A DNA stretch of 64,000 bases from Chromatiales bacterium (GCA_024234935.1 JACKNI010000007.1:11454-75453), one strand, 5' to 3'; positions 35,087-45,023 are shown, counted from the stretch's first letter. A program made the numbers and translations. Notes: generated from the sequence alone by a model not told the origin.

Positions 35087-36679
35087 CTATCGGGTGACCA
35101 GATCCACCAGCGCGTCCGGGTCAAGCGGCAGCGAGGTGTCCACCTGCACCGCGTGTGCGTTCTCGTCCGCGGTCAGCGGTTCCCAGGTGTCGAGCTGGTG
35201 TTCGAGGACGGCAAGGTCCGCATCGGACGCGCCCCGCGCCCGACTCACGATGCGCTCGCGCAGCAGGGCAGGCGGCGCGGTAGCCTCGATGATTGTGCAA
35301 CTGATATTGCGCGCCGCGGCCATCGCCCGGAACGGCGCCCGCTGCGAGACATCGAGAAAGGCCGCATCGACGATGACCAAAAAACCGGCGTCGAGCACCT
35401 GGCCCGCCAGGTCCAGCAACCTCGCATAGGTCCGGCGACTTCCCGCGGAGTCGTAGATGCCCTGGCCCACCGCCGCGCGTGCGTCGGCCTCGGGCGGCAC
35501 GCCGGCCAGCCGCTTGCGCTCGACGTCGGAGCGAATGCGGATGGCGCCATGCTTCTCGACCAGAACGCCGGACAGCGTTGTCTTGCCGGATGCGGAAACG
35601 CCGCGAGTCAGGATCAGCCGGGGGCGTCCGGACCGCGCGTAGCATTGCGCCAGTGCCAGATAGCGGCGGGCTTCCGCCTCGGCCAGGGTCTTCTCGTGAT
35701 CATCGATGCCGGCCTGACGCGCCCGGATGCCATCAACCTTCGCCCGGACCAGCGCCCGGTACACCAGGTAAAAGGGCAGGACGGCCAGCCCGGCGTAGTC
35801 GCCCGTGCGTTCGAGGTACAGGTTGAGAAAACGCGCGGCGAGCGCCGGCTGCTGACGCGCCTCAAGGTCCATCACGAGAAAGGCCACTTCGTTCAGTACG
35901 TCAATCCAGCGCAGGTCCGGGTTGAATTCGAGGCAGTCGAACACCAGCGGGCCGTCGTTGACCCAGGCCAGGTTGCGCAGGTGCAGGTCGCCATGGCATT
36001 CGCGCACGAAGCCATCGCGCTTGCGCTGCTGGAAAATTTCCCGCAATCGCGCGAATGTCCTGATGGTCCACTGCTCCAGTTCGGCGATGCCTTGCGCTGA
36101 AATTGCATCCGGCAGTCCTCGGCGCAATTCGGGGAAGTTCTCCATCGCGGGTGCGATGATCTGCTCCGGCCCGCCGTACTTCACGCTGGCCCCGGCAATG
36201 GACACCCGCTGGTGGAAATCAGCGATGAGCCTCGCGAAGGCATCCAGGTGATGGCCTTTGAGTTCCCCGTGGTCGAGCAGCCGGTCGAGTTGCGCCGACG
36301 GCGGGAACTGCCGCATCTGTACCGCGTACTCGATCGCGGCACCGTCACCGCCGAGGTGCGGTGCGTCGGGGCTTCCCGTCACTGGTATCACGCCGAGATA
36401 GAACGCCGGCGCGAGGCGCCGGTTGAGACGGACTTCCTCTGTGCAGTAGTGATGCCGTTTGGCCAGTGTGGAGAAATCCAGGAAGCCGAGATCGACGGGC
36501 TTCTTGATCTTGTAAGCGTAGGTGCCGGTGAGGATGACCCATGAGATATGGGTTTCGATCAGTTCGAGGGAGCCGACGGGGTGGCCGCAGGCCCCGGGCT
36601 TCAGCAAGCCGGCGACAAGTGCTGAGGACGCTGCTGTTTCGCCTGCCTGATGGCGCGGGCTGACACCGGTCTGGTCCAA
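35087..36679 (-). CDS. bifunctional phosphotransferase (APH/ChoK-like kinase fold) / P-loop AAA-kinase protein
   Basis: 530 aa. N-terminal half has the kinase-like HGDLHLRNLAW...FDCLEF; C-terminal half has Walker A RGVSASGKTT. Confidence 0.7.
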   Translation of the reverse strand: MDQTGVSPRHQAGETAASSALVAGLLKPGACGHPVGSLELIETHISWVILTGTYAYKIKKPVDLGFLDFSTLAKRHHYCTEEVRLNRRLAPAFYLGVIPVTGSPDAPHLGGDGAAIEYAVQMRQFPPSAQLDRLLDHGELKGHHLDAFARLIADFHQRVSIAGASVKYGGPEQIIAPAMENFPELRRGLPDAISAQGIAELEQWTIRTFARLREIFQQRKRDGFVRECHGDLHLRNLAWVNDGPLVFDCLEFNPDLRWIDVLNEVAFLVMDLEARQQPALAARFLNLYLERTGDYAGLAVLPFYLVYRALVRAKVDGIRARQAGIDDHEKTLAEAEARRYLALAQCYARSGRPRLILTRGVSASGKTTLSGVLVEKHGAIRIRSDVERKRLAGVPPEADARAAVGQGIYDSAGSRRTYARLLDLAGQVLDAGFLVIVDAAFLDVSQRAPFRAMAAARNISCTIIEATAPPALLRERIVSRARGASDADLAVLEHQLDTWEPLTADENAHAVQVDTSLPLDPDALVDLVTR

Positions 36680-36793
36680 GATCTGCTCCCGGCTGTGTCT
36701 TCGGTTCCGGTCGTCCGGTCATGGCCGCCTCGGCAGATTGCCCTGGGGCCGCACCGGCCAGTCTACGCCGTGCACTGCGCAGAAACGTCAGGC

Positions 36794-36821
36794 AAAAAAA
36801 TGCCCCGGACTGGCCGGGGCA
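36794..36821 (-). terminator. rho-independent terminator of cspA
   Basis: On the minus strand: GCCCCGG-ccagt-CCGGGGC followed by ATTTTTTTGCC. Lies about 80 nt downstream of the cspA stop. Confidence 0.75.
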
Positions 36822-36903
36822 CTATTGCATCCGATGATGCCTGTTCAGGTCGCAGCCGACAGTTGCCTCAGCAGAGGCCCGTCAGAGCGCAGAACCGGTT
36901 ATA

Positions 36904-37107
36904 TCAGGACGCCCGCAGGTTGGCAGCTGCTGGCTTGCCACGCTCGTTGGTGATGTCGAAAGAGATGCTCTGACCTTCGTTCAGGGTCGCCATGCCGGCG
37001 GCCTGCACTGCAGTCACATGAACGAACACGTCCTTCGAGCCGTCGGACGGCTGGATGAACCCGAAGCCCTTTTGGGCGTTAAACCACTTGACAGTTCCGG
37101 TAGCCAT
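36904..37107 (-). CDS. cspA: cold-shock protein, CspA family
   Basis: 67 aa: [34 protein letters not shown] (RNP1/RNP2 motifs). Confidence 0.95.
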   Translation of the reverse strand: MATGTVKWFNAQKGFGFIQPSDGSKDVFVHVTAVQAAGMATLNEGQSISFDITNERGKPAAANLRAS

Positions 37108-37260
37108 TAACGTAAGTATTCCTTATGGCGTTAAAAAAAACAGGACACTTGGGAATAACGCCGACCCCGCGTGACCTTTAACAATTATGGAGTTTGAGGG
37201 AAGCACTCGTCTTGAAATCCCGGACGGGATATTTAGTCGAAGGCTGGCCAAAAACGCCAT
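37108..37260 (-). promoter_or_regulatory. AT-rich upstream region, probable long cspA 5' UTR/promoter
   Basis: Unusually AT-rich stretch (TTAAAAAAAACAGGACACTTGGGAATAACG...) immediately upstream of cspA. Long structured 5' UTRs are typical of cold-shock genes. No cold-box consensus verified. Confidence 0.3.
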
Positions 37261-37380
37261 TTGCGTGAGTCACGGTATGCGATCTCACAGGGCGGGTCAA
37301 TACTCCGGTCGATTCTGCTGTGTGACAATCCGGATCCGGTCCCCGTTTGGGGTCCCGGTTGGCAGGCAGGGAGCAGAGCT

Positions 37381-37590
37381 GTGAATGATGGGCTGCGCCT
37401 TGAGGCGCTGGAATTCAAGTGTGCGTATCTGGAGCGGGCGATACAGGAATTGAGTGACGTGCTTTACCAGCAGTCGCAGCGGCTGGACGAGGCGGTGCTG
37501 CGCAACCAGCAACTCAAGCAGCAACTCGAGCTGATCGAGAGCCGGGTCGGCGAGCCGGCAGCTGAGGCGGAGATCCCTCCCCATTACTGA
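37381..37590 (+). CDS. slyX: SlyX family protein
   Basis: ORF 37261-37590; GTG at 37381 gives 69 aa: VNDGLRLEALEFKCAYLERAIQELSDVLYQQ...EIPPHY, with the characteristic coiled coil and PPHY C-terminus. Confidence 0.75.
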   Translation: MNDGLRLEALEFKCAYLERAIQELSDVLYQQSQRLDEAVLRNQQLKQQLELIESRVGEPAAEAEIPPHY

Positions 37591-37642
37591 TCCGGAGTTC
37601 ATTGCGCCGCCAAAGGAACGGGCCACGACCCGCCTGTATGTC

Positions 37643-38314
37643 GTGCCGGTCTGGCTGCGGGTTCTGGCTGGTCTGCTGGCTTTGGCGGCCCTGTTTGCGG
37701 CGGTATCGCTGGTCAGCAGTGCCCGCGCGCACGGTGTCGCCGATTTGCCGGCCCTGCTGATGAGCGGTGCACAGGTCATCTTCGATGTCTGCATGGGCGG
37801 GTTGTTCGCGTACGTCGCCGTGACGGGCCTCGCGCCCACCCACCTGATGCGCAGTGCCGGCGATTCGTGGACGGGCGGCGTGCCGCGCTTCCGGCTTGAG
37901 CCGGATATGCAGCGTTATCTGCAGCAGATGAATGCCGGGCAGCCGCAGATCATCGAATGCTGGATCCTCGGTCGCGTTGTAAAGCGCCGTCGCGGTGACC
38001 AGTTCCCTGCGCAATGGTGGCTGCTGGTTTTTGGACCGGCTGCACTGGCAGAGAAGCTGCGCACCGACTGGAATATGCGTCGACGCGATGTGCGCCTGTT
38101 TGTGGTCGATGCCGACACGGACTCGGTCAGTGCTGCCTGGGGGCGACCGTATGACGGTGTCCTCGCTGACTGGTGCTGGGAATTCATCACGGACGAAGTT
38201 GCGCGCTTTGTTCCGCCGGCTGATGCCGGCGAGCAGAAGCAGCTTGTCGATGACGGGGATGCGCAGCGCGACGCCGCTCAGTTTGCCGAGCGCTTGTGGA
38301 GCAGGAACCCGTAG
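37643..38314 (+). CDS. hypothetical membrane protein
   Basis: 223 aa (GTG start); two N-terminal TM segments (LRVLAGLLALAALFAAVSLV, VIFDVCMGGLFAYVAVTGL) and then a soluble domain. Confidence 0.5.
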   Translation: MPVWLRVLAGLLALAALFAAVSLVSSARAHGVADLPALLMSGAQVIFDVCMGGLFAYVAVTGLAPTHLMRSAGDSWTGGVPRFRLEPDMQRYLQQMNAGQPQIIECWILGRVVKRRRGDQFPAQWWLLVFGPAALAEKLRTDWNMRRRDVRLFVVDADTDSVSAAWGRPYDGVLADWCWEFITDEVARFVPPADAGEQKQLVDDGDAQRDAAQFAERLWSRNP

Positions 38315-38407
38315 GCGCGCCTTCAGGCGCTCCAGAGAGTCTGTGGGACCGCAAGCCGCTGCCGAGGCCGCTATACTCGCCCGCCCCAAGCTGTGGATCC
38401 GTGACCC

Positions 38408-39322
38408 GTGTTGTTCAAGAACCTGATTCTCTACCGCCTGCCTGAAAACTGGTCCGTGCCGGCCGCAGAACTCGAAGAAGCCCTTGGGCGCCGGCCGCTG
38501 CAGCCCTGCAGTGGTTTCGACATGCAGACCCGCGGCTTCGTGGCCACAGGCTACGAAGAGCGGCTGCTCCATACGCAGGGCAGGCATCATCTGCTCGCGC
38601 TCGGTGTCGACCGCAAGTTGCTGCCAGCCTCGGTCATCAACCAGCAGGCCAAAGAACGGGCAGTGGAGCTTGCCGCACAACAGGGCTATCCCGTGGGTCG
38701 TCGCCAGATGCGCGAACTCAAGGCCCGGGTTACAGACGAGTTGCGCTCGCGGGCGCTCACCAGTCGTCGCACGACGCATGCCTGGCTCAACCTGCCGCAG
38801 CGCTGGCTGGCGGTGAATACCAGCAGCGCGCCACGCGCCGAGGAGCTGGTGGAAACGCTGCGCGAGACGCTCGGCAGCTTCGCCGTACAGCCGGTCGCCA
38901 GCCTGAACTCACCGGCCGGCGCGATGGCCACCTGGCTGACGCAGGGGCGGGTGCCGGGACGCTTCAGCATCGACCAGGATCTGGAGTTGCAGGCTGTCGA
39001 TGGTGGCGGCGCAACCATCCGTTACGTGAATCATCCGCTCGACAGTGCCGAGATCCGCGGCCATCTCGGCGCCGGCAAGACGCCGACCCGGCTCGGACTG
39101 GTGTGGAACGAACGCATCGCTTTCATGCTGCAGCAGAACCTGTACATCAAGCGTGTCCGGTTCCTGGACGTCTACAAGGATGACAACGCGCAGGGCGAGA
39201 ATCCGCAGGAACAATTCGATATCGACTTTGCCCTGATGACCGGTGAGCTGTCGCAGCTGCTGGAAGAGTTGCTGGCCGGACTCGGTGGCGAAGAAACCGC
39301 ACCGGTCCGTCAGGCCGCCTGA
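38408..39322 (+). CDS. rdgC: recombination-associated protein RdgC
   Basis: 304 aa: (M)LFKNLILYRLPENWSVPAAELEEAL...PCSGFDMQTRGFV, collinear with E. coli RdgC as I remember it. Confidence 0.85.
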   Translation: MLFKNLILYRLPENWSVPAAELEEALGRRPLQPCSGFDMQTRGFVATGYEERLLHTQGRHHLLALGVDRKLLPASVINQQAKERAVELAAQQGYPVGRRQMRELKARVTDELRSRALTSRRTTHAWLNLPQRWLAVNTSSAPRAEELVETLRETLGSFAVQPVASLNSPAGAMATWLTQGRVPGRFSIDQDLELQAVDGGGATIRYVNHPLDSAEIRGHLGAGKTPTRLGLVWNERIAFMLQQNLYIKRVRFLDVYKDDNAQGENPQEQFDIDFALMTGELSQLLEELLAGLGGEETAPVRQAA

Positions 39323-39348
39323 AAAATCCGCGTCTGACCGCTATTTTG

Positions 39349-41739
39349 TCAGTGACCGGCGCGATATTCCTTTGCGCTGCGGAACTGCAGCGCTTCAAGC
39401 GGTGTAGCCTGATACGACTGCGCGATGCGTTCGGCCGGCGGTGTGCCATACAGTGTCGTGCGCTGTACCGGGCGACGGCCGATGCTTTCGATCAGCGCAT
39501 CCATGCGCTCCGGTGACAATTCCTGCCCGAAGGCTGCACCTGCTGCACGAGAGATGCTTTCGTTCATCAGTGTGCCGCCCAGGTCGTTGGCACCGGCGTT
39601 GAGGATGCGCGCCGCACCTTCTTCGCCGAGTTTTGCCCAGCTCACCTGGATGTTGTGCAGCACCGGACCGAGCACGAGCCGGGCGATGCCATGCATCAGC
39701 ATGGTTTCACGCCAGGTCGGGCCGGGGCGCGCCAGGCCGCGACGGTAAACCGGCGCTTCCATATGCACGAAGGGCAGCGGCACGAATTCGGTGAAACCAC
39801 CGGTTTCGACCTGCAGGTCGCGCAGGCCGAGCAGGTGTCGCGCCCAGTGTCGTGTCGTTTCGAGGTGGCCGAACATGATCGTGGAAGTCGTGCGCAGGCC
39901 GAGTGCGTGCGCTGTGCGCATCACACCAAACCAGGCGGCGGTATTCACCTTGTCCGGGCAGATATAGCGTCGCACCTCGTCGTCTAGAATCTCGGCGGCC
40001 GTGCCGGGCAGCGTGCCGAGGCCGGCCGCCTTGAGCTGCCGTAAAAAGGTGTCGAGCGGAATCCCCAGCGTCTTGGCACCCTGCGTGACTTCGAGCGGCG
40101 AGAAAGCATGCACGTGTATGTCTGGTGCGGCCTCCTTTACGGCATGCAGCACGTCGAGGTAGGTCTGCCCGGTGAAGGCCGGATGGATGCCACCCTGCAG
40201 GCATACTTCCGTTGCACCGCGTTGCCAGGCTTCTTCAGTGCGTCGCGCGACCTCGCTCATGTCGAGTACATAGGGTGCGCCGCGCAGGTCTTCGTGGGTC
40301 TTGCCCTTGGAGAAGGCGCAGAAGCTGCACTTGTAGGTACAGAGGTTGGTGTAGTTGATGTTGCGGTTGACCACGTAGCTGATCGTGTCGCCGCAGCTTT
40401 CCGCGCGGGCCTCGTCGGCGAGCTGCAGCAGATGCTCGCAGTCGGACCCGCGCAGTGAAAACAGATGCGTGACCTCGTCTTCGCTGAGGCGCTCGCCCTG
40501 GCGTGCGCGCTCCATCAGCTGCACTGCCGGCGAGTCCGGTCGCCGGAGGGTGGTACCCGATGCAGCAACTGGCGGTGGCGCCAGTCCCGCGCCGGGTGAC
40601 CAGTCATCGGTACGGGCGAGGCCGCTTGCATCGGCGTGTTTCAGGACGCTGGCGACAAGTCCCGGGTGCAGCCACTCCTTGCGCTGTTCAATGTAGTGCG
40701 GATAGATCGTGAGCCGCGGCACGAGCGTCTTGCCGGTCGCACGGGTCTGCTCCGCAAGGCTGTCCAGATGTGGCCAGGGGGATTCAGGGTTCACGTGATC
40801 CGGCGTGACCGGCGAAACGCCACCCCAGTCGTTGCAGCCGGCCGCGATGATCGCAGCGAGCCGGCCAGCGTTGAGGTTGGGTGGTGTCTGCAGGCTCATT
40901 GCAGCACCGAAGACATGCCGTGCCATGGCGATGGTCCACAGCAGTTCCTCAACGGGCGGTGCCGGCGCCTTTGCCATCTTCGTGCCCGGCTTCGGCACGA
41001 AGTTCTGCAGGATCAGTTCCTGCAGATGACCGTGCTCGGCATGCAGGTCGCGCAGTGCGAGCAGGCTCAGCAGGCGCTCCTCGCGTGTTTCACCGATGCC
41101 GATCAGCAGGCCAGAGGTGAGCGGTACGCGAGCCTGGCCCGCAGCGCGTATCGACAGCAGCCGGACGGTGGGCGCCTTGTCCGGAGAGCCGAAGTGCGGT
41201 CCGCCACGCTGCGTGAGGCGCGATGCCGCCGATTCCAGCATGATGCCCATCGACGGAGCCACTTCGCGCAGGCTGCGGAATTCCTCGTATGACATTACGC
41301 CGGCATTCAGGTGCGGCAGCAGCCCGGTTTCCCGGCGTACCAGTTCCGCCATCGCCCGCAGATAGTCGAGCGTGGACGCAAACCCCAGCGTGGCGAGGGC
41401 CTCGCGGGCTGCGCGATAACGCAGTTCCGGTTTGTCGCCGAGCGTGAAGAGCGCTTCATGACAGCCCGCGGCCTGTCCGGCACGGGCGATGGCAAGTACC
41501 TCTTCCGCTGTCAGGTAGACGTTCGTCAGTCGCCGCGGCGTTTTGGCGTAGGTGCAGTAGTGACAGACATCGCGGCACAGTTCTGTCAGCGGGATGAAGA
41601 CCTTCCGCGAGCAGGTGACGATATCGCCGTGCCCCGCATCGCGCAGCGCAGCTGCTGACGCCATCAGTTCAGGCAGCGGTGACTCGCCGAGCTTCAGCAG
41701 CTCCGGCAGTTCGGGATGCGCAGCGGCCGGTGTTTTCAA
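39349..41739 (-). CDS. fbiC: FO synthase FbiC (fused CofG + CofH radical-SAM domains)
   Basis: 796 aa with two radical-SAM cysteine triads, CRDVCHYC and CTYKCSFC. TTG start overlaps the cofC stop (TTGA). Confidence 0.9.
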   Translation of the reverse strand: MKTPAAAHPELPELLKLGESPLPELMASAAALRDAGHGDIVTCSRKVFIPLTELCRDVCHYCTYAKTPRRLTNVYLTAEEVLAIARAGQAAGCHEALFTLGDKPELRYRAAREALATLGFASTLDYLRAMAELVRRETGLLPHLNAGVMSYEEFRSLREVAPSMGIMLESAASRLTQRGGPHFGSPDKAPTVRLLSIRAAGQARVPLTSGLLIGIGETREERLLSLLALRDLHAEHGHLQELILQNFVPKPGTKMAKAPAPPVEELLWTIAMARHVFGAAMSLQTPPNLNAGRLAAIIAAGCNDWGGVSPVTPDHVNPESPWPHLDSLAEQTRATGKTLVPRLTIYPHYIEQRKEWLHPGLVASVLKHADASGLARTDDWSPGAGLAPPPVAASGTTLRRPDSPAVQLMERARQGERLSEDEVTHLFSLRGSDCEHLLQLADEARAESCGDTISYVVNRNINYTNLCTYKCSFCAFSKGKTHEDLRGAPYVLDMSEVARRTEEAWQRGATEVCLQGGIHPAFTGQTYLDVLHAVKEAAPDIHVHAFSPLEVTQGAKTLGIPLDTFLRQLKAAGLGTLPGTAAEILDDEVRRYICPDKVNTAAWFGVMRTAHALGLRTTSTIMFGHLETTRHWARHLLGLRDLQVETGGFTEFVPLPFVHMEAPVYRRGLARPGPTWRETMLMHGIARLVLGPVLHNIQVSWAKLGEEGAARILNAGANDLGGTLMNESISRAAGAAFGQELSPERMDALIESIGRRPVQRTTLYGTPPAERIAQSYQATPLEALQFRSAKEYRAGH

Positions 41740-42410
41740 GAATCTGTCGCCCTTTGTTGTCGTCTGAGGCGGTCGCGGATGCCGCTGGACTTCAGCCAGG
41801 CCAGCGTGGCACAGGCAATGCGCTGTTCCAGCAGCCAGTGAACATCATCCGGCGTGTCGATGTCACGTGCAAATCCGGCCAGTTCAGTATGCCGTGCCGG
41901 TATCCCCCTGGCGCGGGCGGCTTCCAGATGCCGCTTTGCGCTATCGGGTCCATACAGAAAGGGAATGGCCGTTGGCGGACTGAGCAACAGCGCATTGGTG
42001 CCGCCGTCCCGGGCGGCGGGGCACAGGCTGATGCCTTCCGTGTGACTTTCCAGCAGCCGGGTGACATCAGCGGCAGAGAGCGTGGGCAGGTCGGCGGGCA
42101 GCACCAGCAGATGACGCACGCCCTTTGCGGCCAGTCCGGCAGCAGCATCGCCGAGTGCCTTCCGGTAGTCATCGCCGGGCGGTTCGGGCAGCAGCTGTGC
42201 GCCACTGCCCGCGCTGAGCGCAGCGAGCTGCGGCTCGTTGCCGAGCAGGCTGATGCCGCTGATCAGGGGTGTGGCACCGAGGGCGCGCAGCACATCGAGC
42301 AGCATCTGCGCGGCAAGCTTTGCGCATTCCTCGCGGGTGAGCAAGCCATCAAGCCGCGTCTTGGCACGGGCGAAAGGCTTGACCGGTACCAGTGCCCAGG
42401 CGCCCGTCAT
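41736..42410 (-). CDS. cofC: 2-phospho-L-lactate / PEP guanylyltransferase (CofC/FbiD)
   Basis: 224 aa: WALVPVKPFARAKTRL...LLVLPADLPTLSAADV...DGGTNALLL (MobA-like nucleotidyltransferase fold). Confidence 0.8.
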   Translation of the reverse strand: MTGAWALVPVKPFARAKTRLDGLLTREECAKLAAQMLLDVLRALGATPLISGISLLGNEPQLAALSAGSGAQLLPEPPGDDYRKALGDAAAGLAAKGVRHLLVLPADLPTLSAADVTRLLESHTEGISLCPAARDGGTNALLLSPPTAIPFLYGPDSAKRHLEAARARGIPARHTELAGFARDIDTPDDVHWLLEQRIACATLAWLKSSGIRDRLRRQQRATDS

Positions 42411-42413
42411 GAT

Positions 42414-43376
42414 TCAGAGTGTGGCCGCAAAGCCGAGCGCGAAGCTGGCAAGTTTCAGCCGGTCGTCCAGCGTGTGCATGACGGTCTGTGTCGCGGCCAC
42501 CGCGATGCCGGCATCGATGATCGCTGCTGCTTCGCCGGCGTCGGTCTGGTCGAGGATGAAGCCGCCGAGCAGGTCGCGATAGTGATGCGCCACCGCCTGC
42601 GCCGAGGGCCGGAGGCCGAGTTCCGTCATGATCTTCGCGGTCGGCCCCTTCAGTGCCTGGCCACCGACGATCGGTGACACGGCGACGACCGGCGCGTGTG
42701 CCGAGCGTACCGCGGCGCGGATTGACGGAATGGCGAGTATCGGGTCGATGCTGAGCCAGGGGTTTGAGGGGGCGATGAAGATCGCTGCAAGATCGGGATC
42801 TGTCAGCGTTGCGGCGAGCGCGGCAGCGGGCGGGGCCGCGCTGGCACCCTGATAATGAATCGCTTTCACGCGTGGTTCGGCACGCTGGCGCACGAAGTAG
42901 TCCTGGAAGCCAAGGGTGGCGGGGCCGGCGTTGGTTTCGCAGTCGAGCACGGTGCGCACCGGCAGGTCGGACATCGGCAGGATCCGGGTTCTGACGCCGA
43001 GCTGCGCACACAGGTGTTGTGTGACATCGCTCAGGCTCCGGCCGGCAGCCAGCAGCCGCGTGCGTTCCAGGTGCGTGGCGAGGTCGCGGTCGCCGAGCCG
43101 GAACCAGGTCTCCGCGCCGAGCGCCTCGAGTCCTTCCATGCACGACCAGCTTTCATCGCGGAGGCCCCAGCCGGTGGTCTCGTTGACGACACCGGCTAGC
43201 GTGTACATCAGCGTGTCCAGATCCGGCGAAATCGCGAGACCGAGATGGCTGAAGTCGTCGCCGGTGTTGGCGATGATGGTCAGCTGATCCGCATCGAGCG
43301 TGCGCACCAGTCCAAGTGCCAGCTTGGCACCGCCGACGCCGCCGGCAAGCAGTACATAACGGGACTTTGCGCTCAC
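42414..43376 (-). CDS. cofD: 2-phospho-L-lactate transferase (CofD/FbiA)
   Basis: 320 aa: YVLLAGGVGGAKLALGL...IIANTGDDFSHLGLAISPDLDTLMYTLAG...IAPSNPWLSIDPIL. Confidence 0.9.
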   Translation of the reverse strand: MSAKSRYVLLAGGVGGAKLALGLVRTLDADQLTIIANTGDDFSHLGLAISPDLDTLMYTLAGVVNETTGWGLRDESWSCMEGLEALGAETWFRLGDRDLATHLERTRLLAAGRSLSDVTQHLCAQLGVRTRILPMSDLPVRTVLDCETNAGPATLGFQDYFVRQRAEPRVKAIHYQGASAAPPAAALAATLTDPDLAAIFIAPSNPWLSIDPILAIPSIRAAVRSAHAPVVAVSPIVGGQALKGPTAKIMTELGLRPSAQAVAHHYRDLLGGFILDQTDAGEAAAIIDAGIAVAATQTVMHTLDDRLKLASFALGFAATL

Positions 43377-44134
43377 CGGAACAGGTCTTCGTCGGCAGGC
43401 CGCAGTGCGTCGCGCGCGGTTTGTCCCGATTCGGTACAGGCTCCCGCGCCGCGGACCAGAACCAGCGGTGTGCCTTCGGCCGCTTCGCCCATCACCAGCA
43501 CGGCCGTCGCCGCGATGCTGTCGGCCACTGCCACTTCGCTCACCTGCAGCGTTCTGCCGAACATGTCGGGCTGGCCGCGCAGATCGTTGAGCGCCTTGAT
43601 GCCGGCGCAGCCGATCGCGATACCCACGGTGCCGAGCCGCCAGGCGCGGCCGATGCTGTCGGTGATGATCAGTCCGAGCGCGACGCCGAATTCCTTCTGC
43701 AGTGCTGCGCGCAGACCTGCCGCCGAAGCGTCGGGATCTTCGGGCAGCAACAGCGCGGTCTCGTCGCTGTCTTCGAGGTTGGACCGGTCGATGCCGGCGT
43801 TGGCCAGCACGACGCCGGTGCGGTGTTCGACGATGATCACCCCGGGCGAGACGCGGATCACCGAGCGCGATTCGCGCAGGATCAGCTCGACGACGCGCGG
43901 ATCCTTGTTGGCGCGTGAGGCGATGTCCTCCGCTTCGGCCGAAGGCCTTACCGTATCGAGCCGCACGCTGCGGCCCTCGGCCTTGGACACGATCTTCTGT
44001 GCGACGGCGATGAGGTCGCCGGCCAGCGGCTTTACGCCGCCTGCGCGCAGTGCGGCACTGATCAGCGCGGCCAGATCGTCACCGGGCTGTACCAGCGGTA
44101 CGCCCGGAATGCGCATGAAGCTGAGCCCGTTCAC
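43373..44134 (-). CDS. cofE: coenzyme F420-0:L-glutamate ligase (CofE, single-domain form)
   Basis: 253 aa: GDLIAVAQKIVSKAEGR...LANAGIDRSN...IITDSIGRAWRLGTVGIAIG. No C-terminal nitroreductase-like extension. 4-nt overlap with cofD. Confidence 0.85.
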   Translation of the reverse strand: MNGLSFMRIPGVPLVQPGDDLAALISAALRAGGVKPLAGDLIAVAQKIVSKAEGRSVRLDTVRPSAEAEDIASRANKDPRVVELILRESRSVIRVSPGVIIVEHRTGVVLANAGIDRSNLEDSDETALLLPEDPDASAAGLRAALQKEFGVALGLIITDSIGRAWRLGTVGIAIGCAGIKALNDLRGQPDMFGRTLQVSEVAVADSIAATAVLVMGEAAEGTPLVLVRGAGACTESGQTARDALRPADEDLFR

Positions 44135-44140
44135 GGACGC

Positions 44141-44821
44141 TCAGCTGGCGTCGTCAGCGATGCCGGTAATGCGTATGCCCGTATGCAGTCCGCCATAGCG
44201 CTTGTTCATGAAGATCAGCACCGACGTGAGCGCTTCGGCCGCCGCCGCATTCTCCAGTGAACCCGCATGCCAGGCGCGCAGCCCGGCAGCCCTGGCGAGG
44301 CCCACCACGACTTCGCGGGCCTCCGCCTTGTTGCCGGTGACCAGCACGTCGCAATCAAGAGCGTCATCGCTCTGCATCGAGTCAGCCGAGACATTATGAA
44401 AGGCTGCGACGACAGTCGTTTGTTCGCCGACCAGTTGCTGGGCGATGAGCGCGGCGCAGCCTTCAGGCGGCAGCTGCACGCGGGCGACCCGGGGTGGAAC
44501 CAGCGGTACCGTGGTATCGACGAGTATCTTGCCCGGCAGCGCAGCGCGGATTTCTCCCAGCGTCGGTCGCTGGTGGCTGAAAGGTACGGTGAGGACAACC
44601 ACGTTGCCCTCGCGGGCAGCTTCGAGATTGGACAGGCCGCGGACATTGGCACCGGGAAAGGCCTTGCGCAGCTCGCCAGCCGCCGCTTCGGCCTTGACCG
44701 CATCCCGCGAACCGATGATCACCGGAATGCCGGCCTGGGCCCAGCGACGGGCCAGCCCGCCGCCCAGCGCGCCGGTGCCGCCCACGATGGTGATTACGCC
44801 GAAGCGGCTGTCATTGACCAT
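44141..44821 (-). CDS. fno: NADPH-dependent F420 reductase (Fno/NpdG)
   Basis: ORF 44141-44899; ATG at 44821 gives [40 protein letters not shown] (Rossmann GxGxxG) ...[14 protein letters not shown]... Confidence 0.78.
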   Translation of the reverse strand: MVNDSRFGVITIVGGTGALGGGLARRWAQAGIPVIIGSRDAVKAEAAAGELRKAFPGANVRGLSNLEAAREGNVVVLTVPFSHQRPTLGEIRAALPGKILVDTTVPLVPPRVARVQLPPEGCAALIAQQLVGEQTTVVAAFHNVSADSMQSDDALDCDVLVTGNKAEAREVVVGLARAAGLRAWHAGSLENAAAAEALTSVLIFMNKRYGGLHTGIRITGIADDAS

Positions 44822-45023
44822 TGACTTGAACTCGTTGCTGCAACCCGGGGGCAGGCATGGTACCGAGCCGCTGCAGAGGGCACAAATGGCGGCTGGCATG
44901 GTCGCGGCTGGCAGGGCAAAATGGCGCCCTCAGGCTGCCCGGCCACCGGTCCCAGGCTCGCTGCGTATAACTGAAACCGAACATCCGCGGGCAAACCGGC
45001 CGCGACTACAAATAAAGAGAGCT

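Noticed and set aside
37514-38779. 421-aa minus-strand ORF spanning the slyX / membrane protein / rdgC region
   Set aside because: It overlaps three + strand genes, two of which (slyX, rdgC) are recognisable. Its product is low-complexity and Arg-rich.
44445-45023. N-terminal 193 codons of the 317-aa ORF that ends as queD
   Set aside because: Only the last 124 aa (from ATG 45024) match QueD. The upstream part is antisense to fno and crosses the divergent promoter region.
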